Shown one piece after another: positions 35,501-48,399 of a DNA stretch of 64,000 nucleotides. Position 1 is the first letter of the stretch. Every line of letters starts with the position of its first letter. The position numbers and the translations under genes were made by a program. Source of the DNA: Lama guanicoe (taxonomy: Eukaryota); NCBI GenBank assembly GCA_013239625.1, contig MU053762.1, positions 23,424-87,423 on the forward strand, in the 5' to 3' direction. The notes below the pieces were generated by a model, which saw only the letters and a program-made list of their open reading frames with translations, searched no databases and was not told the DNA's origin.

Positions 35501-37430
35501 AATGTGTGTGGAAGCTGTCCTTTACCTAGCTTGTTGGGAACACAGAGGTTCTCAGTTAGGGGCACTGGCCAACCTATGTATATTATGGGAGGTACTCACT
35601 CCAACTCAGTTTTCCAGTGCAAACTGCCTTTACCTTGAAACCTACTCTAGGCAACATGCTTAGAAATGAGGGTAAGTGTTTCCAGATGTACACTTGCCCT
35701 TTGTGCTAGATGAATGAACGCTTCTCCACATGTTCCATTCTGGTATCCAAATGTGTGTGGAAGCCGTCCTTCAACAACTTTGTTGGGAATACAGAGTTTC
35801 TGGGTTAGGGGCACTTGCCTGCCTATATATATATATAAGCAGATTCACTCACTCCGACATGGTTTTTGAGCACAAACTTCCATTACATTGAAACCGTCAC
35901 TAGGAAACATGCTGAGAAATCAGGGTAAGTGTTTCTAGATATATCCTTGTCCTTTGTGCTAGACGAATGAACACTTCTCCACATGTTCCATTCTGGGATC
36001 CGATTATGTGTGGAAGGCTTCATTCTCCTACCTTGTTGGGAACAGAGAGTTTCTTGGTTAGGGGCACTGGCCTACTTATATTTATAAGGGGAGACACTCA
36101 CTCCAACCAGGTTTTCCAGCACAAACTGCCTTTACCTTGAAACCGGCACTAGGAAACATGCTGAGAAAACAGAGTAAGTGTTTCTAGATTTACCCTTGCC
36201 ATTTCTGCTTGATGAATGAATGCTTAAGCACATGTTCCATTCTGGGATCTGACTGTATGTGGAAACCATCCTTCAACTAACTTCTTGGGAACACAGGGTT
36301 TCTAGTTCTGTGGCACTGGCCTAGCTATATATATATATATATGGGGAGGCACTCTCTCCAACTCAGTTTTGTAGAGCAAACTGCCTTTACCTTTAAACCT
36401 GCTCTCAGAAACATGCTGAGAAGTCAGTGTTTCTAGATGTACCCTTTCTCTTTGTGCTAGATGAATAAACTCTTCAGCATATGTTCCATTCTGGGATCCA
36501 AATGTGTTTAGAAACCGTCCTTCAACTACCTTGTTGGGAATACAGAGTTTCTGGGTTAGGGGCACTGGTGTACCTGTATATAAAAGCAAATGCCCTCTCT
36601 CCAACTCGGTTTTCCTGTTCAAACTGCCATTACCTTGAAACTGTCTTTAGGAAACTTGCTGAGAAATCAGGGTAAGTGTTTCTAGATGTACCCTTGTCCT
36701 TTGTGCTAGATGAATGATTGTTTCTACACATGTTCCATTCTGGGATCCGATTGTCTGTGGAAGCCGTCCTTCAACTACCTTGTTGGTAACACCTAGTTTA
36801 TGGGTTAGTGACACTGGCCTACACATATATATAAGGGGAGGCACTCAGCCTAACTTGGTTTTTCAGCACAAACTTCCTTTCCCTTGAAACCAGCTCTTGG
36901 AAGCTTGCTGAGAATTTACCTTGTTTATACTTGTACCCTTCACTTTCAGTCTAGCTGAATGAAGGCTTTCCCACATGTTCCATTTTTTGATCCAAATGTG
37001 TGTGCAAGCTGTTATTCACCTACCATGTTGGGAACAAAAATTTTTGTGTTATGTTGACAAGCCTTCCTAAATACATAATGAGAGGCACTCTCTCCAACTC
37101 GGTTTTCCAGCTCAAACCTCCTTTACCTTCAAACCATCTCTACAGAACTTGACTTTTATTTCAGGGTAATTGTTTCTAGATATACCATGGCTATTCTGGC
37201 TAGCTGAATGAACACTTCTCCACATGTTCCAATCTGGGATCTTAATTTGTTGGAAGCTGTCCTTCAACTACCTTGTTGGGAACAGATTTTCTTTGTTAGG
37301 ATGACAGGCTTACCTATATACAAAAGGTGAGCAATCACTCCAAATGTATTTTCCAGCACAAACTGCCTTAATTTGAAACTTTCTCTAGGAAACATGCTGA
37401 GAAATCAGAGTATGTGTTTCTAGATATATT
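29541..37430 (-). repeat. ~247-bp satellite, right arm in inverted orientation (~32 monomers; subtypes C, D, then A-like)
   Basis: Reverse complements of left-arm motifs recur with the same period, e.g. gaatgtgtgtggaagcc, ttgttgggaacacagagtttctg, ggaaacatgctgagaaatc. Confidence 0.95.
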
Positions 37431-39490
37431 TATGTTTTACATGAAGGTCTGTGATTCATTTTGAGTTATTTTTTCATAAGGTGTAAGACTTAGGTCAAGG
37501 TTCATTTTTTTCTATGCATATCCAATTGTCCCAGCACCATTGGTTGAAGACTTTTCAAAAATTTCTTTTTGTATCTTTGTCAAAAAATCAGCTTCCTGTT
37601 CTTGGGTGGGGGCAATTTCTGGGTTTTCTATTCTGTTCCATTGACTTGTGTGAGTCTATTGACTAATATAAATTTTATGTAATGTTTCTAAATATTTCCT
37701 ACTATACAATCTAGACACGTGTCTACTGTAGTCTCCTGTTCATTGCTGCCCTCAACTAGGGACTCTTATCATTATGTTCCTGGTGTAAGTTTTTTGTTTT
37801 GGATTTTTTTTTTGGTCTATAAAGAAGATATAGAGAATCTTGAATATTATTCTATTTAATGGTATTTTGTGAATTTCCTTGTGAAGAATTTAGTCTCTTT
37901 ATTAAGCTTTCTTAGAGGGAAAGCCCTCAGCCTCACCATTGAGTATATTAGCTGTGGGCTTTTCATATGTATCATTTATTATGTTGAGGTAGTTAGCTTT
38001 TATTCCTAGTTTGTTAAGGGTTTACATAATTAAAAGTGTTAAATTATGTCAAATGCTCTTTCTGCATAAATTGAGATGATCATGGATTCCCTTCACCTTT
38101 CTTCTGCTACTGTGGTATATTAAATTGATTAACATTTGTATGTTGAACCATTCTTGCATTCCAGGAATAAATTCCACTTGGTCACAGTGTATATAATACT
38201 TACAAATGTGCTGTTAAATTGTCTTCTGATAATTTCTTGAGAATTTTCATCAGGGATATTTTTCTGCAATTTTTATAGTGTCCTTGTCAGGATTTGGTAT
38301 CAGTGTAATGGTGACACCATAAAATGAGTCTGGAAATGCTCCCCCCTCTTCAATTTTTTGGAAGAGTTTGGGGGAGAATCAGTGTTAATTCTTCTGTAAA
38401 TATTTGGTAGACTTCACAAGTGAAGTCTTCTGGCCCTGACCTTTATTTGTTGGAAGTTTTTTGATCATTGATTCAATCTCCTAACTAGTTTTGGATGTTT
38501 AGATTTTCTATTTCTTTATGGTTCAGTCTTGGTAGGTTTTGTGATTCAAGAAATTTGTCTATTTCATCTGAGATATCCAAATTGTTGGTGTACAATTTTT
38601 CATAATGCTATTATAATACTTTTTATTTTTGTAAAATTTATTGTAGCATCCCTTCTTTCATTTATGATTTTAGTTATTTGATTGTGTTTCCTTTTTCCAT
38701 AGTCAACCTAGCAAAAAGTTTGTCAATTTTGTTTATGTTTTCAATAAAACAACTCTTGGTTTTATTGATTTTTCTCTGTATCTTTTCTGTTTTCATTTTG
38801 AGTATCTCTGCTTGAATCTTTATTATTAACTTTCTGCTACTAGTTTTGCATTTAATTTGTTCTTTTTTAGTTTTTAAGGTGTAAATTGTTGATTTGGGAA
38901 TTGTTCTTTTTTTAATATAAGCATTTGCAGGTATAAATTTCCTTCTTAGCACTACTTTTGCAGAATCCCTAAGTTCTTTATGCTAGGTTTTCATTTTCAT
39001 TTGACTCAGTTTTCCTTAATTTTCTTATAGTTCCTTCTCTGACCCATGGGTGGTTTAAGGGTGTTAATTCCTCACATTAGTGGATCTTCCCAGTTTTTTT
39101 CTGCTACTGATATTTAGTTTCATTCCATTTTGATTTAAAAGATTATTTGTATGATTTCAATCTCTTTAAATCTATTGAGACATTTTTGTGGCCTGACATA
39201 TAGTGTAACCTGGAGAATATTCCATATATACTAGAGAACAATGTGTCTTGCTGTTTTGTGAAGTGAAGTTTTCTATATATATCTCTCTCAGGTTCAACTG
39301 ATCTATAATGTTGTTCAAGCTGCCTATTTCCTTATTGACCTTCTGTCTTGTTGTTCTACCTATTATTAAAAGTGTGTTATTGATGTCTCCTATTATTATT
39401 GTAGAGCTTTCTACTTCTCCCTGCAATTTTGTCAATGTTTGCTTCATATATTTAGGAGCTTTTATGTTTGTTACATATATCATTATAAAC
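37431..39490 (-). mobile_element. Old L1 ORF2 fragments
   Basis: ORFs 38674-38952 (KFIPANAYIKK...INKTKSCFIENINKIDK) and 39172-39483 (KAPKYMKQTL...IIIGDIN) are L1 ORF2-like. About 37650-37910 is not clearly L1. Confidence 0.82.
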
Positions 39491-39499
39491 GATATTTGT

Positions 39500-40078
39500 A
39501 TAACAACTCAATTGAAAATTAGGCAGGAGATCTGAATAGACATTTTGCCAAATAAGACATACAGATGGCCAACAAGCATGTGAAAAGATGCTCACCACCA
39601 CTAATAATCAGAGAAATGCAAATCAAACCCACAATGGGGCATCACCTCATACCTGTCAGAATGGTCATCTAAAAGAACCCAAATAACAAATGTTGGCAGG
39701 GATATGGAGAAAAGGAATCCCTCATATGCTGTCGGTGAGAATGTAAATTGGTGTAGCCACTGTAGAAAACAGTATGGAGGTTCCTCAAAAAGCTAAAAAT
39801 GGAACTACCATTTGATCCTTGGTGTATATATATAGATACATATATACACACACACATACATACAATGGAATACTAATCAGCCATAAAAAATGAAAATTTG
39901 TCATTTACAACAACATGGATGGACTTGTAGGGTATTATGCTTAGTGAAATGAGGCAGACAAAGACAAATACTGTATGATATCACTTATACGTGGAATCTA
40001 AAAAATACAACAAATTATAAACTAGTGAATATAACAAAAAAGAAACAGACTTATAGAGAACAAACTAGTGGTTACCAT
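39500..40078 (+). mobile_element. L1 ORF2 C-terminus and partial 3'UTR, 3'-truncated
   Basis: gaaatgcaaatcaaa (EMQIK), catggatggactt, gtgaaatgaggcagac, gtggaatctaaaaa. Stops at ctagtggttacca with no polyA. Confidence 0.85.
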
Positions 40079-40248
40079 GTTACATTGTTTGTCTTTGTGT
40101 TGCTTTGTTAAGTGACTGTGCTAGTTTGTCATCATTCAGGATCATCAGGGTGTGCTTAAATAACACATTACTCAGAATAATTGAATCATCTTACATTTTG
40201 GAACTCATAAGAGTTTCTTCATTTCTAACATATGAGAGTTTTCTCCTG

Positions 40249-40442
40249 CACAGTGAAAAAAAGGTGACAATTAATATATGTATGTTCATGTATAACTGAG
40301 AAATTGTGTTCTACAGTGGAATTTGACACAACATTGTAAAATGACTATTACTCAATAAAAACATTTAAAAAGAGAAAAAGAAGAAAAAAAGAAACTTTTC
40401 AACACAAAATAAAGCACTAAAATATAAAACAGAGAAAAAAAA
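40249..40442 (+). mobile_element. Very short young L1 3' end with long A-rich tail
   Basis: Reverse complement of the 3'UTR seen at 15690. Exact 14-bp TSD agagttttctcctg (40235-40248, 40443-40456). Confidence 0.88.
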
Positions 40443-40695
40443 AGAGTTTTCTCCTGGATCCACCTCCCTGTACTCACTTGAAACTCTCATTTTAAAATGT
40501 TGCTTTATGGTTTGGTTTGAAGTTTCTAACTCTGGTCTGTATTAACTTTTATATCTTTTCCTTGTTTAAGTTAATCTAAAAAGAAAACTTGAAAAAAAAA
40601 CCCTCTGGCAGCTGTGATACCAAGCAGAATTATATAACAATAAAAGTCTTACAAAAGATGAAATGCATTTTTAAACACCTGTAAACAGAACTTAC

Positions 40696-40895
40696 CTGCA
40701 TGAGGTATGGTTGTTAAGCCTAATGTATGAATTTTCCTTGCTTTTGCTTTGAAGTCCATGATGCTGAAATAGCAGAGGGTGTTGTTGTTTTGTCCCTCCA
40801 CCTCCATGCAGGTGGTCACCCTTGGTTGGGACAGAGAATGACCAGTAATACACCAGACAGGAGATCGTGTCTGGTGTGAAAGTGATGATCATGTC
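40696..40895 (-). pseudogene. ANO6: ANO6 pseudo-exon (~exon 18), 200 bp
   Basis: DMIITFTPDTISCLVYYWSFSVP...NHTSCR versus ANO6 AMIIAFTSDMIPRLVYYWSFSVP...NHTTCR. Acceptor catAG, donor CAG|GTAAGT. Confidence 0.9.
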
Positions 40896-42137
40896 CTATG
40901 CTGGGAAGAAAACAGTAAAGGGAGCATTAATTTACAGCCTTTATAGTTATGGTCAACAGACATGCCAGAATTTCATTTTCAGCAGTAGATTTTTTTTTAA
41001 GATTCAGAAAACTTAATTCTTTCCTGTAAACTGAATATAGACAGTGAATGTCTTAAAATCTTTGAGCAACTGCTTTAAAGTAGAACAGTTATTTTGCTTT
41101 TCACCTTTAACTTAAGGGAATATCCAGAAGTCCACTGGCAGTTCAAAAGCAAGGGCTTGATCCTTGCCTATTACATTTTTTAAGTACAGTAAACATAACT
41201 GTAGACTAGGGTACTGTGGATAACTCAAGAGCTACTTGGATATGTTATATGAAAGTTATGTTATCAAAAATTAGAAATATCATGAAAATCAATCAACCTT
41301 GGAGATCAATTTGGTATAATTTATTCTTTAATAATGTATATTTAGATAGCCATTTTGTATATGTAACACTTATGAAAATGTTGGCTTTATATAACTCCTT
41401 TGTAGATAAATGATTAAAAATTGGTTTTTAATCATTTACTTCTTAAAGATAGAATATTAATTGCATAAAATATATTTTCCTTCAAATTCATAATTTTTCC
41501 CTATACTATCTTCACTTGTTTAGATAAGTGAACCCACAATCTGATTTATTTTAAACACTCAGTATTGCTTCTGTCTGTTGCTTTATTAGATAGCAAGAAT
41601 TCTTTATTATTTTTAATATAATATACTAGCAGAAACTATACTGGGATTCTTCCATTCACAGAGTCAAGCAATGATACCTGTTTTGTTAGATCAAGTGTCT
41701 AAGCCTCTCAACTTCCAAAAGATTATATGGACAAAGTTAAAAATGTCATAAGAGATCAACTAACAAAATTTACTGTGGTTAAAAGTATAAATATGGGTTA
41801 ATCTTAAATTCAGATATAAAGCTTTTATGAATAACATGAGTTTTCTCCAAAATTTTTTAATTTGGGCTATAAACCCTCCAGTAAAAAACTGGTTTGAAGG
41901 TAGAAGAAAGTCGAGAGTAGATTCAATCCAAATTCTATGGTAATAAACAAAGCTAAATGTTTCAGTCATTTTTTGAAGCAGAACATATATGTTTTCTGCA
42001 CCATATGATTTTAGTAGTATTCATCTGAACATACGGTTTAGACACCATGAGACCACAAGCCAACAAACAAGATCTTAGGCAAAGCAAGAAAAACAACTAA
42101 GGGGATTTTCTATTGCAAAATTTCCCCCAACTAGAAC

Positions 42138-42661
42138 TGTAATAGAGAACAATTCTGATGCCATAATGGATCTGTTCCTTTACTTTGAAGCACTGTGCCC
42201 TGTTTTCCAGGCTTAATCTTTCTGGCTCTGCATCTTTTGTAAAACAACATTGCCTTTAGCCTAAAACCTACAGGAAAGCCTATTCTCGGGGCTCTGACCT
42301 TTAAGGATGTTAGCACTTCTGAACTTATGCAGAGATGGCAAGTTGCAAAATAGGGAATAACCATTGTTTTGTTGGAGGTTTACAGGGACACCATAGCCTG
42401 ACCCACATGGATGGCTACAAGAACAAAGAATGCCTGCAGCAAGAAGTTTGCACAATCAACCACACCCCCTCTCCTTTTTAGTTTAAAAGGAGCCTGAATT
42501 CAGACTTGGGCAAGATGGTTCTCCAGGACATTAGTCCCCCATCTTCTTGGTCTGCCAGCTTTCTGAATAAAGTTACTATTCCTTGCCCCAAAACCTCAAC
42601 TCCTGATTTATTTATTTATCACTGTTGTGCCATGAGCAGAACAAGTTTGGCCTCAGTAACA
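42138..42661 (+). mobile_element. Solo ERV1-type LTR
   Basis: TG...CA ends (tgtaatagag ... cagtaaca), 4-bp TSD GAAC (42134-42137, 42662-42665), TATA-like tttaaaa at ~42483 and AATAAA at ~42566. Confidence 0.82.
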
Positions 42662-42719
42662 GAACCGGCTTTGTCATTTCCTCTGATGTGAAATCTCTCT
42701 GGGTGTACACGTGCTTGCC

Positions 42720-42753
42720 TGGTGGTGATGGTGGTGGTGGTGGTGGTGGTGGT
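42720..42753 (+). repeat. (GGT)n microsatellite
   Basis: About 11 units with one interruption. Confidence 0.9.
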
Positions 42754-44129
42754 AAGCAAAAAGCTTTCACTTCTCCTAGATTTCAATAGGTTAAAATTTC
42801 CTGTTATTTAATTCAACCCTAGACTTTTACAGAATCACCTGCAGATGTGCTTCTGGAAGCTACAAAATTTCCAACAAGGAAAACAATTCTGTTGTCTCCT
42901 GGCAACATAATTTTCCTCAAAGTTAAGCAGCTCTGAGACACACTGCAGGAGTACAGATAGATGCACTGTGATTCATTTCCCATGTTGTTCCAACACAATT
43001 TTCCACTTATATCAAAGTAAATTAAAATCGGCCTTCAATAGCAAATGCTCTGGCATGATACAACAATGTCAATCCCACTTATTTATTGAGCCAGAGCAGG
43101 TTTAGAATAAATGATTTGATACCAAACTCCTGCTTGATGCCCTATCTTCTCCCTGGTGGCTAATTTCTTCTTCTTACTTCCTTAAAGTTCTCCTGTTATG
43201 GGAAGTTAGCCTTTACTATGCACATTTGATTGGGAAGGCACAAATTAAATATGTGAGGGGATGACATACATGTTTAATTCTTACTTATACATATATACAA
43301 GCAAACAAGACCTGTGTCTTGGAAGATGTCATTTCCTAATGTGGGCAAGAGGATGGTCTATAGTACAATCAATGATCTAAAAGCAGTCTTCTATGGTATA
43401 ATAAAGCAATGCCTGAGTAATAAGGCAGAACAACTCCTGGATATCAATCAGTGGCACCAATCAGTGGGTGCACGTGTGTACACAAACACACCCATGCACA
43501 AGGAGCAGCCTTGGAGACACTCCATCTGTGCTGATGGAGCAAAGCCATGTTGGGGTGATGAGGAAAAAGTGCCTAATACAATCAAACCAGGACACCTGAG
43601 TAATGGGTAATAAGAATCAATTGAATTTTCTGGTTAGCTGAAGGTCAAACAAAAACACTTTTAATTTTAAAAGCTGTTGCTAAAAATTTTCTTAAAGCAC
43701 AGAGCCTGCTTTCCTGCCTTGCTTAGTGTCATATGACATATTAAACATGACAGATTCATACTTCTCTGAATGTGGAACTGGAAAGGCCTCACTGTCATAT
43801 TTCTGAACATTAGTCTATGTTTTGCAGCACAGTGGATACTGACAATGGGGCAATTTGAGTGAATGGGAATGGACATAACCTAGCAGTCATTGACTGTGTG
43901 TGATTTGCCAGCTTTCTCCAAAAAGTAGGGGTAGCAAGCAAATCCGATAAATTGAGGGTTCTTCAGGTGGGGAGTCAGGTGGGCTGACAGCTAGGTGGTC
44001 CCAGGAATCTTGTTTTACTGTGTAAAATTGTGATTATGATCCAGACAGTGACATATTGTCAAATTCTTGTGCCTGTAGCTTTGATACCTGGCCAAGTCTG
44101 TGCAGCCAATTTTATCGATGGTGCATAAT

Positions 44130-44380
44130 GAAGTTAACAAACATTCCCTGAGGACCAGGTTGTGTGACTTCCATGCATTGACTCACTGAATTCCCTAAGC
44201 ACTCTTTATGGTACATAACAGTCTTAAAATATGTGGCAGGGAATTATTATGTTTGCAGATGATAAAATGAAGCTCTGAACTGTTGAAGCCTGGCCCAAAA
44301 TCATGCAGATGGAAATCTGCCATGCTGGGAGCTGAGCTCGGGCCAGACTCTAAAACCTGAAGTGCCCAGCAAGTCCCCTC
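44130..44380 (-). mobile_element. MIR fragment
   Basis: ttgcagatgataaaatgaagctc...gcctggcccaaaatcatgcag...gagctgagctcgggccagactctaaa resembles the MIR core. Confidence 0.5.
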
Positions 44381-45372
44381 ACTCAGGAACCTGGCCCACA
44401 GCCACTGCCAGGCCCTGTTCTTCTTCTATGACTGCTCATGGGAAAATGCCAGGGACTCAGGGCCAGTGTGACTTGATTAAGAAATTCAAACTGGCACAGC
44501 CTTTTGTTGGGGACTGTAAACTGGGAGTGAAATTGGCAGTGAAGTAAGGGAGGAAACAGCCCTGGTTGTAGGAGTATTTCTAGGGAAGGAGGTTCCCTGA
44601 TGGACTGGCATGGGAGTCACTGTGGTTGTGAGCCCCCTGTTGCCCTGTGGGTGTGGAGGCAGGGAAGGAGAGAGACTCTTCAGACTGGTCGTATTCAATA
44701 CAGTTTGTTAATAGCTGAGTTCTGTTCCCTCACAGCTCAGATACATTCAGGGCATGAGGATGCTTAGCTAATGAACAACAGTGGGTAGTAAAGGCCAAGA
44801 GTGGGGTGGGGAGGAGAGATGGGACCACCCCCTGGAAGAACCTCTGCCCCAGGGAACCAGGAAGGTAATGAATGTTTGGGGATGCACAAAGTGTTTATAT
44901 GGCCTCATCAGGTAATTCCCACTTTAAACTGATAGTCTGGAATATACAGTAAAATATAGTGGAATGACTGCTCTTATTTTAGGTTCTACAAACTCTTAAA
45001 TGGATAGATTTCTATCTCCATTATACAAGCACTGCTGGGTAACCTTTACAGTCATGAGAGGATCAAAAGATTGAGTACTTATTAATACTATTACCATACT
45101 TCTACTGAATTAACACTTCAGCAACAGTATAATGGTCACACTTCTTAACAACTGCCTCTGTAAGAGGTCTTGTAAGTCACAAATAATAATTATAAAGAAA
45201 ATATATTAAAAATAATAATTACAGTTACAACAACTATGTTGTTTATAATGATGATAGTGTTAGCATCTCCCTCTCATATTAAACAATACCCAACACTGGA
45301 TTCCTTAGGAAACACCTCTAATGCATTTTTGGACTTTTCAAGGTCTTCACCCTGTGAAGCCTTTTTACTCAC

Positions 45373-45580
45373 ATTGGTCCAACACAGCCAGAATTGCTGT
45401 TCCTTGCATGATGGGCAGCCACGATCCGACATCCTGGGCTTTTTCTGGCACCATGCAACTCTACTGGGTAGTCAAGTTTCCACGTGTCCACTCTGATTTT
45501 CAATATATTGTTCTCCAGAACCAACAGAGGGGCCAGTGGAAAAGAGGCCACAAATAAGGTGGTGAATCCAAGCTGAATAC
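45373..45580 (-). pseudogene. ANO6: ANO6 pseudo-exon (~exon 17), 208 bp
   Basis: [35 protein letters not shown], then a +1 frameshift; the shifted frame gives [22 protein letters not shown]. Acceptor aacAG, donor AAT|GTGAGT. Confidence 0.92.
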
Positions 45581-48399
45581 CTGTTGAAGGAATGAACACA
45601 CATCATGAAGTGGTGGATGGATGGAAAGACAACATATATTCCTTTACTCCTGTAAAGAGAGAGGGGCAAATGGTGAACTAAATCCCAAAGAGAAAAGACA
45701 TTCATGGTAATAATAATGTTCAACAGTGAAAGAATCCAAACAAAAGGCAAATATAAAATCTCTCGGAAGAAGACTCATTACAACCTGTTTCTTTCACGTA
45801 TATACCCTTAGAAGGAATAACATACTTAAAAATCTTTAACCAACCGTAGTTATTTGCTGGTAATAAACTTGGGAATCTTGAAGCATATTATTCACTCTCT
45901 GTGTTGAAAAATACAATCTTGGAAGATGATTTGTAATTGAGTATTAAAAAAAGAATATTGTGGATTTATCTAACAATTTAAATAGGAATAAGGAATGTAC
46001 CTTTGGGAAAGCTCTGCATAGAGAATGTTGGAGGAAATATGCTGCAAACAGGCAAGTGAGCAAGCTCCCTTGAGTCTGGGAAGGTGAGTGCAGCACATCC
46101 AGATGGTCTATGAAGTTATTACAAGTCACAGAAAGGTATGAAATTAAAGTGCCTTCATAAGCAAAATATCCTTCTTCAGGAATTTTTATATTGATATTTC
46201 TATGGTCTGTGTAGTCACAGGAAGTCAAAGTTATGGTGGTGGCTTGGAAGTTCTTTTCTCTTTGTCTGTAATTTACATGGCGTTGTTACAGATGAGGCAG
46301 CAGTGACCTGTGGTAAGCTGTTCCATGCGGTGGGGGAGCAGTTAGAAATAATAAGGCCAGAGATCTAAAAGACTTTTAGACCCTCCCCTCCTAACTGGCA
46401 GACCTTTAAAGTAAACTAGCACAGGTATGTAACTAAGACAGTGGATGAGAGGCAAATTTATGGTCCCTTTAGGGTTACTGCTCAGTCAAGGGATAGGGAC
46501 CACTCTGACCAGGAACGGCAAGACCCTGGATGGGGTGGATGAGTAGGAGGAGCTGACATTTGCTTCTAACCTGAGAGGCAGGGGTGTGTTGCAGAAAAGC
46601 AGACAGTGTTGGAAAGATGCAGCAGCTCCACAGCCCAGAAGGAGCTGTCATATTCAGGGAGGTCAGAGACGCAAGAACCAGAGTTAGTGATGCCACAGGG
46701 TCAGCAGCATGGCAGCAGTGATGTCAGTATCTGTGTCCATAACCCACCTAACCCTACATGAACTCATCTGCCCACAGGGGCCAGGTAAGTAACAGAAATA
46801 TGTGGAGTGGGTGCAGTTACTGGCAAATTGGCAAGTGGATATCCTAATGAAATGCACTGCTCACAATCACCATATTGGAAAGAGGGCCCCACACTGTCAG
46901 ATCTCCTTCTCACTCAAGAGAAGCCAGAAATTAAGACTTTATTAGCAATCAACCCAGTTCAAATCCCAGAAATCATTTATAATGAAAACAAAGGCACAGA
47001 CTATTTAGAAATATATTAGTGAAAAAAATTAAAATGGTTCTGATAAATGAGTTAAAAAAAGAAAGAAAGAAAACATGACTAAATGAACAGTAGAATGCAC
47101 CATACTCTTCATTGGGCAAACTCAAGTTTGGGGGACATAGCACACCTTTTCTCCAAAATAAATTTAGAATCTGAATGCAAGTTTAGTTAATAATCCCAAA
47201 TGGATCTAAGAAAAAAAGCTGAAAGGTGATCCTAAAATTCTTCCAGAAATATACACAAATAAACAAGTAAAATAATGAGGAGGGATGTTTGAACTGGTAA
47301 TATTAGGGACCTTCTGGAAAAGGATAAAATAGGACCAACTCTAGGAGGTATTAATCTATGGTCATGGAAACAGTTTAGAAATAGTGCACTGAGATTATGA
47401 ATGAAACAGAATACATTTCAAGAACAGACGTGGATATTTATGAGATTTTAGTAATATTATAAAACTGACACTTCAAATCAGTGGATTCAACTACTGGAGT
47501 AATTAGCTAAATCATTGGAAGTCCTGGAACAGTATCCTCACTTTTGACATTAAAATAAATTCCAGATAACTTTTTTAATTAAAAAATAAAACGCCAGAAA
47601 AAAAAACCCAACATGATTTAATCTGTTCAGATATTCAAGCGAGAAGAACTTTCTAAAAAGCTTTTGGAACAAAGACCAACAACAACAAAGGCCTAGCAAC
47701 TCAGCAAGGCCAGAAACGCCCACTGTAAAACAAAACTAACCCTCACCTGACCCTCTCTCACGGCCCTGTATTGATCTTTGATACTTTATACACTTTCTTC
47801 TTCCCTTTAAAGTCCAGTTTCTTGGAGAAGTACCTGTGCTGATGACTCCTTCAGGGTTCAGAGCCCTGCATCCCCCACGGCCCTCACCGTGGCACTGAGA
47901 GGAGTTGCACTGTCGGTGGCTGCAAGTTCCAAACCAGTGGGCATTTTCAGTCCCTGTTTATTTGATTACCAGGTAGCTTTTGCTGTGGACAAATATTTTC
48001 CTCTCTGTGGAATGTTCTTTCCCCTTGATTTTTGTTTTACTTAAATAAAATTATAAAGCCCAGGCAGATATACACAGATCTGTTTTTTAAAGGCTACCTA
48101 AGTATAGTTCTCTTCCTCCATTTCCCCAGTCTTAGCAATTAAAGGTGGGCTTTAGCTCTTGCTTTTTTGCCCTGCACACCCACCTTTCTCACTATGCTCC
48201 TTTTAGTCAGTGTTCAAATCTCTCTTAAGCCAGGTTACAGCCTTCTCTGTGTTGCCTCAACTAGTTTTCTCCCAACTGCTCTGCTGTTCTTCTTTATCTT
48301 GGTGGATTCCTCTTTCCAATTTGCCATGTACATGGTCCTTCTCCCCAGGGCGTTATCTTCAACCCTCCGCTTGGCAGGACTGAGTCGCCCTCACGGCCT

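Noticed and set aside
23362..37430. CRISPR-like array or tandem protein-coding gene family (many 60-138 aa ORFs with repeated peptides such as ILRSECVWKPSFTYL)
   Set aside because: The whole 247-bp unit is repeated with no unique spacers and no cas genes. ORFs occur in all frames and both strands with frequent indels. They are satellite translation artefacts.
29560..37430. C2H2 zinc-finger origin of the satellite (gaatgtgtgtggaagcc resembles ECGKAF codons)
   Set aside because: No 84-bp period, no HTGEKP linker and no His pair.
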